Shown: piece by piece, positions 15,666 through 22,898 of the stretch | How positions within the stretch are numbered: position 1 is the first letter of the stretch | Layout of the letters: the number at the start of each line of letters is the position of its first letter | Source of the DNA: a virus | Lineage: Duplodnaviria > Caudoviricetes | Length of the DNA stretch: 25,769 nucleotides | IMG/VR virus record: IMGVR_UViG_3300031786_000496 | Location: 1 to 25,769 of that record | Reading direction: 5' to 3' (one strand) | Notes under the pieces: model-generated | Databases searched by the model: none | Told to the model about the DNA's origin: nothing | Seen by the model: only the letters and a program-made list of their open reading frames with translations | Program-made: the position numbers and the translations under genes

Positions 15666-15816
15666 GATTACTTCCTTTACTATAATTTAGTAAATTACCA
15701 GTAAGATCACTAGAATTTCTTAAAGAATTTGTAGTTGCTGAGTTAGTATACTTAGCAGTTTTATCGCCTTTGATAATACTTTTATTATCAGAAGCTTGGT
15801 ATAGCATGTTTCCCAT
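15652..15816 (-). CDS. Small hypothetical protein (54 aa)
   Basis: Not in the ORF track: MGNMLYQASDNKSIIKGDKTAKYTNSATTNSLRNSSDLTGNLLNYSKGSNHGSK*; ATG overlaps the TAA of the 339-aa gene; overlaps the next ORF by 14 nt. Confidence 0.5.
   Translation of the reverse strand: MGNMLYQASDNKSIIKGDKTAKYTNSATTNSLRNSSDLTGNLLNYSKGSNHGSK
15683..15695 (-). promoter_or_regulatory. Putative late promoter motif ATTTACTAAATTA at the head of the basic-protein array
   Basis: Matches the recurring motif; 17 nt upstream of the ATG at 15665, inside the 54-aa ORF. Confidence 0.35.
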
Positions 15817-16835
15817 TATTGATTCCAGTATTTTTCAGTTGACTTCAACAGATCTTTTAGGATCTCTTCATTCAAAGGATTCTTAAGATACTCTAAAACA
15901 TCTGATGGGTTTCTACCTAACATAGTAGATGAAGATGTATGGTAAATAAATCCATCAGGTTTTGTAGAAATAAATCTCAGGTAGCTAGCATCTCTGATAA
16001 CTGCCTTAAGTTTTAGTGTCTCCATATCAAGGTTTACGGTATCCAAGAAAGTTTGAGCAGCTCTTGTTTGACTCTTCTCAGAACCTTCACCATTGATATA
16101 GATATCCATGTTATCATAGATAACATCATTAGGTGTAGACTTCTTGTACTGTACACTATTGATATCTACAATCTTAGCTACGTACATCATCTTAACTGGA
16201 TTCTTATCAAACAACTTCTGAAGTTCAGCAAGAGCTTTGTTACGAAGTTTCTTGATTTCAGTTTTGCTTCCAGCAGTTTCTTCATATTTATCCAAATAGA
16301 ATTTAACTGGAGTAGGTCTATTTTTAGCATCCTCATAGCTCTTTGCTATAATGCTAAACCCACCTGCTTCAATAGCATAAAGTCTAATTCTATCAAAAGG
16401 ATCTTTTACCGGATCAAGAAACATTGGGGTGTTTCCACACCTCAATGTAATCTTGGTCCAGAAATCATCATTCTCAGGGCGTAATAATTTTACTTTGCTC
16501 CAGAAATGTGGGTCAGAAACCTCAATTGGATTTGCTGCCATTTCTTTTTCTAGTTCAGATACAGCAGAGCGAATCTCATGGATTCTAGCTTGTTTCTGAT
16601 CCTCATCTCTAATCATTTTAATCTCAGGAGCAAATTCATTCAGACCTGTAATGTATCTCTTCACACCGTTCTGCTCAATACATGCAAGTTGTTCCTCATG
16701 AAAAACTCCCTCAAATAAAGATAATCCATACTTCTCAAGTCCCATGTTAGAGACATTTTGATTAAAGAATGGACGGATTGCAATAGGTCCAGATTTAACA
16801 CCTGGAGTTTGCACCATTGTAAAAGTATCACTCAT
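15816..16835 (-). CDS. Conserved crAss-like post-capsid protein (339 aa)
   Basis: Long ORF in the position of the first conserved gene after the MCP in crAss-like phages; ends LGRNPSDVLEYLKNPLNEEIL. Function not resolvable from sequence. Confidence 0.6.
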   Translation of the reverse strand: MSDTFTMVQTPGVKSGPIAIRPFFNQNVSNMGLEKYGLSLFEGVFHEEQLACIEQNGVKRYITGLNEFAPEIKMIRDEDQKQARIHEIRSAVSELEKEMAANPIEVSDPHFWSKVKLLRPENDDFWTKITLRCGNTPMFLDPVKDPFDRIRLYAIEAGGFSIIAKSYEDAKNRPTPVKFYLDKYEETAGSKTEIKKLRNKALAELQKLFDKNPVKMMYVAKIVDINSVQYKKSTPNDVIYDNMDIYINGEGSEKSQTRAAQTFLDTVNLDMETLKLKAVIRDASYLRFISTKPDGFIYHTSSSTMLGRNPSDVLEYLKNPLNEEILKDLLKSTEKYWNQ

Positions 16836-16859
16836 TTTGTTGTTGGTTTATAAAAGTTA

Positions 16860-17075
16860 TTAATTCAAAGCTTTCCAATCTGTACTAGCGCTTGTTCCTG
16901 TTGACACATATACCTTAGCATTAGTAGTGTCAATAAACAACAAACCTACTTTAGCAGGAGTTGTAGTAGGTGCCGCAGTACCTACTGTGTGTGCAAGCTG
17001 TACATTGTTACCATCCACAATGGGTTGGTTAGCTTGCTGCCACATTTTCTTAATTGGATTTTTATACTCGTTCAT
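16860..17075 (-). CDS. 71-aa putative head fibre/decoration protein
   Basis: GTAAPTTTPAKVGLLFIDTTNAKVYVSTGTSASTDW matches the P..G.lyidt...vY....W module of phage fibre proteins; directly follows the MCP. Confidence 0.55.
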   Translation of the reverse strand: MNEYKNPIKKMWQQANQPIVDGNNVQLAHTVGTAAPTTTPAKVGLLFIDTTNAKVYVSTGTSASTDWKALN

Positions 17076-17103
17076 TGTTTTAAAAGTTAAAAGGTTTTAC
17101 AAA

Positions 17104-17138
17104 TATAAAAGAGGGGAGGTTTCCCTCCCCCTTTTATA
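17104..17138 (-). terminator. Rho-independent terminator after the major capsid gene
   Basis: - strand TATAAAAGGGGGAGG-GAAA-CCTCCCCTCTTTTATA: long stem, GAAA tetraloop and U-tract, ~10 nt after the MCP stop. Confidence 0.85.
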
Positions 17139-17148
17139 GTATAAATCA

Positions 17149-18777
17149 TTAGAATGATCCACCGGTTACAGGGTTTCTCATAACAATTTTCAACACCTTG
17201 GTTGGGTCTTTTACCCAAATCGCAGGCATTGTTTGTGTCATATATACACGGTATCCATTGAACTGTCCAGAAGACTGGAATCCTTGGGTACGACCCATGT
17301 AGTCCATTGTACCGTTTTGGTACCACCACTTCAATTGGTTATCCCAAGACAACTTCAACAAGAAGATATTGTCGTTAGTGTTGTCAGTGATATCAAAGAT
17401 GATGAAGTTGTAAGATGACAATGGGAAACCATCAATGATTGGGTTTTCAATGTCATTTGTGTGTACGTTGTCAAAAGCAGGGTTCAACACAAACTTCACG
17501 TTTGCCAAGAATGGGATAACGTAAGAAGTGTATGCAAAACCAAATCCGAGATCCATGCCCTTACCAGTGATAGCACCGATACCAGCATTATCAGCAGCTT
17601 GGATTACAAGACCTGAGTTAACTGCCTCTTTCTTGATAGCTTCGTTAACCATTCTCATACCACCCATACCAGTTTGTACAATCAGTTGACGCTTAGGATC
17701 TGGACCCTTGAACTCAACCTTACCAGCATAGAAGTTGTAGATTTCAGAACGGAACAAATCAAGGTTGAAACCAGACTTGTTGTACACGCGCTTGAATGAG
17801 TTATCAAGCTGCTTCCAAAGACCCACAGACAATCTTACATCATCTGGACCATCCTGACGAACTCTACCACCTTGTCCCCACATCAAGTAGGTTTCAATGT
17901 CGCTTGCTACTTTGGTCAAGTGAGCAGCTTCCATTGTGGTCAAGAAGGTACGAGAAAGGTTACCATTTGACATTGCCTTTTTAACATACTCCTTACCCAT
18001 ACGGCTAACCATGTTCTCAAGGTTAGTGATAGAAGGATCCATGTTTTGGTCAAAGTTTCTCCAGATTTCAGTTACAGGTACAGTACCATCTGCATTCATA
18101 CCACCCTTGATCATAAGATCAGCGCGAGATGAAATAGAGTAGTGTACGTGAGCTTCAGCACCACCTACAAAGTTGTAGAATTCACGGAAGCCTGACTGGA
18201 TCTGAATATCAGAGAATCTCTCACCATACTCTCCGCGGGCAGAACCCTTACGGAATACTTTAGTACCAGAAGCAAGATACTTGTTATCCAAGAACTTAGT
18301 GCTGTCATTGTTTACAAGTTGTACAGTGTAAACAAAACCATCACCAAGTGGAACAATATCCTGATCAGGAACAATGTACATTTCCACACCGTTGTACTTA
18401 TCATAAGTGATGATATCACCATGACCAAACTCACGACGTGAAATTTTGATTTTGAAGGTTGTGCCATCAATACCCTTAGTCTCATTTGCAGACTCAATGT
18501 CCTCAATGATGTAAGGAAGGTCTTGTACAACTGGGGTCTGCCACTTGTACTCACCTCTTGCGTTGTCAACCATGATCACATTCTTACCACCAAAGCTAGA
18601 CATTTGGTAAAGAGGCATTTCGACTTTTTGTGCCATTGCCCACAGATCCACTGGACCCATGTCCATTGGTTCTGCATTCTTCAACATGTTAACTAAGTGG
18701 TATGAATCTACGTGTGAACTAGCTGCGTAGTTGGTATCTCGTAGAAATATACCATTATTTAAAACTGGAGTTGCCAT
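17149..18777 (-). CDS. Major capsid protein (crAss-like, HK97 fold)
   Basis: 542 aa after portal and scaffold; GEYKW early motif, E..LMWG, GLWKQL, QTGMGG; optimized codons; followed by a strong terminator. Confidence 0.85.
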   Translation of the reverse strand: MATPVLNNGIFLRDTNYAASSHVDSYHLVNMLKNAEPMDMGPVDLWAMAQKVEMPLYQMSSFGGKNVIMVDNARGEYKWQTPVVQDLPYIIEDIESANETKGIDGTTFKIKISRREFGHGDIITYDKYNGVEMYIVPDQDIVPLGDGFVYTVQLVNNDSTKFLDNKYLASGTKVFRKGSARGEYGERFSDIQIQSGFREFYNFVGGAEAHVHYSISSRADLMIKGGMNADGTVPVTEIWRNFDQNMDPSITNLENMVSRMGKEYVKKAMSNGNLSRTFLTTMEAAHLTKVASDIETYLMWGQGGRVRQDGPDDVRLSVGLWKQLDNSFKRVYNKSGFNLDLFRSEIYNFYAGKVEFKGPDPKRQLIVQTGMGGMRMVNEAIKKEAVNSGLVIQAADNAGIGAITGKGMDLGFGFAYTSYVIPFLANVKFVLNPAFDNVHTNDIENPIIDGFPLSSYNFIIFDITDNTNDNIFLLKLSWDNQLKWWYQNGTMDYMGRTQGFQSSGQFNGYRVYMTQTMPAIWVKDPTKVLKIVMRNPVTGGSF

Positions 18778-18806
18778 TTTAACTTAAATTATAAAAGGTT
18801 AATTAA

Positions 18807-20030
18807 TTAGCGTTTAAAAAAGTTGTTGTTACGTTTAATAGTTCTTTGCTTCACTTCCTCTTTCTCTACAATAGGAGAACCTGTGCTTCTTCTTGCTTCT
18901 TCTGTCTTCAGCATACGGGCAGTTTTTTCAACCTGTACTTTCTGAGCTTGATCCATGATTCTACTTCTGTAAGAATCTGGGTCCGCTAGCAACCAAAGAG
19001 CTTCTGCAATCAAACCGTGGTTAGGTTCTACATATTGGTATTTTTCCAACAAGTGACCTAGTAAGTTAGTGGGTCTACCACTAATGCTGGGATATGATGG
19101 CTGCACCAAACCGCCATACAACATTTCTTGTGTTTTGCGATCTAGTTTCAAACCATTAAGTTCACCAGGAGCAATAGTATTATATACATTTTGCATATAA
19201 GCCTGTGCTTGTGCAGCTTGTTGTTTTTTCATCTGCTCTTGTTGTGCAAGTTTTTGCTGCACAACTTTAGCTTGCATTGCATCCAACTTTGGTTTGAACT
19301 TGTTAGCCTTAGCTTCAAGGTCACCTCTATCCTTCCAGCTATCAATTTCTTCCTGAATTTCATCAGGAGAACCAAAGTTTGTAGCTGATAGATATTCTCT
19401 TACAATCCTTTCTTGATGATTTGGCTCATTAGGATCTAGCTCAAAGGTTTCCTCCACATGTGACAAAACTTTAAACAGTCCCTTGAGATCCTGACCACCA
19501 TCAGCTACATATTTAGCAGCTACTTGCAGTTCTTCAGGAAGTGATTCAAAGAACTCAGCAGGAGTAGATTGTCTTATTGTATTCTCTCTTTCTTCAAAGT
19601 TTGCTTCTAAAAGTTCTTCAAAGTCATTGAGAGTGTAATCTTCAATAGGCTTATCATCATCAAATGGAACAATCTTACCAGCATCAATTAGTTTTTTAAC
19701 TAGTTCTACTGTACCATCTTTTGCAACCTTAGCACGTCCAGGAGTTTTCTTAGGTTCATCATCACTAGATTGTAAACCTAATGATGCATCTTCTGGGTCC
19801 AGGTCTTTAAGTACATCAGCAAGGTCTGCTGCATCCTTATCTTTATTTTCACTAGAGTCATCTGCAGACCCCGGTTTTTCAATAAAAGATAAATCCGGTT
19901 TGCCTGCAGAAAATACATTTTGTTTCTTTTCTTCTGGGAGCATTACGCTCTCAGCTCCAGGCATACCAAGTATGTTGTCCAGGTCTAAATCAACCTGCTC
20001 AACAACGGTATTATCTTGTGTGTTACTCAT
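18807..20030 (-). CDS. Putative capsid scaffolding protein
   Basis: 407 aa, very acidic disordered N-terminus, Gln-rich coiled coil, no Cys; lies between portal and MCP. Confidence 0.65.
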   Translation of the reverse strand: MSNTQDNTVVEQVDLDLDNILGMPGAESVMLPEEKKQNVFSAGKPDLSFIEKPGSADDSSENKDKDAADLADVLKDLDPEDASLGLQSSDDEPKKTPGRAKVAKDGTVELVKKLIDAGKIVPFDDDKPIEDYTLNDFEELLEANFEERENTIRQSTPAEFFESLPEELQVAAKYVADGGQDLKGLFKVLSHVEETFELDPNEPNHQERIVREYLSATNFGSPDEIQEEIDSWKDRGDLEAKANKFKPKLDAMQAKVVQQKLAQQEQMKKQQAAQAQAYMQNVYNTIAPGELNGLKLDRKTQEMLYGGLVQPSYPSISGRPTNLLGHLLEKYQYVEPNHGLIAEALWLLADPDSYRSRIMDQAQKVQVEKTARMLKTEEARRSTGSPIVEKEEVKQRTIKRNNNFFKR

Positions 20031-20063
20031 ATTTTTTGTTGGTTTAATTAAAATCTACACTAG

Positions 20064-20077
20064 TAATATACGCAAAT
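20064..20077 (-). promoter_or_regulatory. Putative late promoter motif ATTTGCGTATATTA for the scaffold-MCP unit
   Basis: In the 104-nt intergenic gap upstream of the scaffold gene; recurring motif. Confidence 0.5.
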
Positions 20078-20078
20078 A

Positions 20079-20119
20079 TATATACCTAAACTTTAAAAAT
20101 TTTTTGCTTTAGGTAAATA
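20079..20119. repeat. Inverted repeat TATATACCTAAA-N17-TTTAGGTAAATA
   Basis: Perfect 8-bp core (TACCTAAA 20083-20090 / TTTAGGTA 20108-20115) extending to 12 bp with one mismatch, between the portal stop and the promoter-like motif. Confidence 0.6.
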
Positions 20120-20134
20120 AAGCGGAGAATATAG

Positions 20135-22897
20135 CTACTTCTTCTTCTTTTTATCCTTTTCATCTGTTTTATTAGGTACATCAAACCTGTTTTTATTCTC
20201 CTGTGCAACACGAAGCTGTGTATTTGCTATCTCTCTTTGAGCATTTATCTTCTCTCTTTCAACATTCAGCTTCTCTCTAGATGTCATAATCTTATTAGCT
20301 TCCTTCTCTCTATTGAGATCCATAGTGCTCTGATAGTTTTCAGACTTCTGGATTTGATCCAAAGCATCCATATAATCAGACTGCATATTCTCATTAATAT
20401 CTTGCATAGCACCATATCCGGCAGATCTGATTTGAGCAATAAGAATATCTGCTTGTCTATCCTTATCTTTTTCAGATGCTTGGAACTCTAGCTTGAGTTG
20501 TTCTTCCTGCTGCTTAGCTTGAATCATTTGCTCTTGCATTTGCTGCTGTTGCTGCATTTCTTGCTGTCTAACTGCATCCGATTTCTTCTCTGCTGCTTTG
20601 AGTATGTGCGTAACTTCTGAAATAGAATCAGACTTAATAATATTACCCAAATCGTAGATACTAGCGCCAGAAGTATTATTGCTAAGAGCAAGCTGCTTAA
20701 GCTGTTCAAGAATAGCTCTCTGGTTTGCTTTAGTAGTAGCAAACACATTAATATCACGGAGCAAGAAATCAGTACCATTTATCTCAAAGTTTTTTCTTTC
20801 ATCAAGAGAGGTTATGTAATTAAGTCTTGCAGATGGTTTTGTAGAGTGATAATGCTGAGCCAAGTCAGTTCTCATTTGATGCACTCTAGGCATTAAGTAA
20901 TCACAGTGCTGAATAAAGTATGTTTCAGTCTGAGCATAACTAGCATTGATAGATTGCTCTACACCTGTAGCTGTTTGTCTAGTAATTTCCTGACCCAAGC
21001 GCTGTGGGGTAATGCCAATTACCTCAAATGCTTGCTGCTTAAAGTACTGAGCTAACTGAATCCTAGACATCAAACGCTCAGTCTGTGACATATCCAGTTT
21101 CTGGAAATGGTTAAAGTTTAGAGCATTCTCAGTGTTAGTAATAGACGTATCCAGAGGTAGCATCTGGAAGTTCTTCATTGCCACATATGCTTTAGCAAAG
21201 TTACCCTTTCCCCAGTCCTCACCCAGTGAGTGTCTTGGCAAAGAGTTTTGATCGAGCATAATAACAGTTCCTAACTCATCTACCAGGATATCCTGAATCT
21301 GGTTATTTACAATATTATAGGCAAGCTGGAAAGGTTTCATCAAGTCAACAAGAGACCTTGAGTAAGTATTCCTATCAGAGAATACAGAACCTTCTACAGG
21401 AAGTTTACATCCATAGAGTGAATTGTCACCTTTAAATTGAAACTTAAGTGGTCCAATATGATTTTGATTTACACCTAAGTAGATAGGAGTAATACCACCA
21501 GGGTTATTTGTACCCCAGAATGTAGGTCTATTTGGGCCAATCTTTACACCACCCCAAACCTGGTTAATCCAGATCCAATCAATGTGCTCACCAAATATAA
21601 GCGTGTGCTTAGTTTTATTTTTTATAAGTGAGGTGTTGTACTCAGGTTTATCAGTAATTGTATAGTCTTCATCAACAATCTCTGTAATAACATCACCAGA
21701 TAATGTAATCTTGGTAAGATGTCCTACACGTCTTTGTGACTTCCAATACACTGTAGTAACACGGAGAAGGTTGGACATACCCATGTCTAGGTAGTCTTCA
21801 TTCTCCATCATAATCCAGTTTACAATATCACCTCCATATTGAGCACTGTCCCACATAGAGGTAAACTGTCTGTAGCCAAGTGACGGCATGTTTGTATTCC
21901 ATGCATGTGACTTAGTACCATCATAGTATGCACCATCATTTTGATAACCCTGAATAGGATAACCAGCAGATCTTACCGGGTAGATAAGTTCTATTGCTTC
22001 CATTTGCTTATCTGTCATCAACCAACCATACTTGTCAATGACATCAGCAACAGTCATCATATCATATTTACCAACCCAGTTACCATCAGAAATATATCTA
22101 GTCTCTGGAGCTTTTTGGTAGAATGTTAAAACAGGATTCCACAACTCTACATCATAGTCATCCTCCATCATTTTAAAATGCCAGAATTCTCTATCAGCAA
22201 TAAGAAGATCACGGAAACCACGCTCCTCTAACTCATCTATATGAAAACGTTCAGTATCAACTCTATGCTGATGTTCCGCCCACTGCTCAATCATTGAGCG
22301 GTAGTCTTTCTGATAAAAAGCTTCAATTTCAGGTAGACTTCTTAAAGATTCTGGAGATGTTTGTTCCTGAAACTCAGGGCTTTCTGGGTCTGCACCCATC
22401 ATTATCAATCTCTCAGTAATCTTTCTTTTAGCATCAGTAACAAGTAATTCTTCAACTTCAGCTTTCTTTTGCTCCAACATTTCATTGTAGGAGTATTCAT
22501 CTACGGCACCATAAGTTACTCTAGTAACTCTTTTAGAAAATTCAGAAGTAAGAGTATTAACTACATTAGGGATAATAGGATAAAACTTAAGTTCTAATGC
22601 AGACACATCCTCCTTTGTAAGAGTATCAATTAAATCAGCATACTCATTATCTTCCTCAATTACATAGTCTGTTCTATCAATAATACCTTTAGCAAGTTTG
22701 TAGTTCTTCATAAGGCGCCTAGCATTTCTGCGCACCATCTTCAACCCTTGCCACTCCAGCCAGTCTAAACACCAAGCTGCCCAATCTTCATCTTTTTTAG
22801 ATCTAGGTAAAAATTGTATAGGCTGATTGAGAGTACCCATTTTGTTGTACTCTGTCTTGGCACCTGCCTTAACTTGTAGGGCGTTATATACTTGCAT
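20135..22897 (-). CDS. Portal protein (crAss-like)
   Basis: 920 aa directly after terminase; YPIIPNVVNTL, GITPQRLGQ...TATGVEQS motif and long C-terminal Gln-rich coiled-coil barrel. Confidence 0.85.
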   Translation of the reverse strand: MQVYNALQVKAGAKTEYNKMGTLNQPIQFLPRSKKDEDWAAWCLDWLEWQGLKMVRRNARRLMKNYKLAKGIIDRTDYVIEEDNEYADLIDTLTKEDVSALELKFYPIIPNVVNTLTSEFSKRVTRVTYGAVDEYSYNEMLEQKKAEVEELLVTDAKRKITERLIMMGADPESPEFQEQTSPESLRSLPEIEAFYQKDYRSMIEQWAEHQHRVDTERFHIDELEERGFRDLLIADREFWHFKMMEDDYDVELWNPVLTFYQKAPETRYISDGNWVGKYDMMTVADVIDKYGWLMTDKQMEAIELIYPVRSAGYPIQGYQNDGAYYDGTKSHAWNTNMPSLGYRQFTSMWDSAQYGGDIVNWIMMENEDYLDMGMSNLLRVTTVYWKSQRRVGHLTKITLSGDVITEIVDEDYTITDKPEYNTSLIKNKTKHTLIFGEHIDWIWINQVWGGVKIGPNRPTFWGTNNPGGITPIYLGVNQNHIGPLKFQFKGDNSLYGCKLPVEGSVFSDRNTYSRSLVDLMKPFQLAYNIVNNQIQDILVDELGTVIMLDQNSLPRHSLGEDWGKGNFAKAYVAMKNFQMLPLDTSITNTENALNFNHFQKLDMSQTERLMSRIQLAQYFKQQAFEVIGITPQRLGQEITRQTATGVEQSINASYAQTETYFIQHCDYLMPRVHQMRTDLAQHYHSTKPSARLNYITSLDERKNFEINGTDFLLRDINVFATTKANQRAILEQLKQLALSNNTSGASIYDLGNIIKSDSISEVTHILKAAEKKSDAVRQQEMQQQQQMQEQMIQAKQQEEQLKLEFQASEKDKDRQADILIAQIRSAGYGAMQDINENMQSDYMDALDQIQKSENYQSTMDLNREKEANKIMTSREKLNVEREKINAQREIANTQLRVAQENKNRFDVPNKTDEKDKKKKK

Positions 22898-22898
22898 A

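Noticed and set aside
13743-15816. Double-glycine bacteriocin/RiPP precursor cluster
   Set aside because: The sequences before GG are Lys-rich rather than the ELSxxEL-type leader, and no peptidase-transporter or modifying enzyme is present; context is virion genes.
17087-17329. Alternative-frame ORF over the MCP 3' end suggesting a programmed frameshift fusing MCP to the 71-aa protein
   Set aside because: It stops at 17087 in a different frame from the 71-aa gene, that gene's own frame has a TAA at ~17097-17099, and the ORF runs through the terminator.
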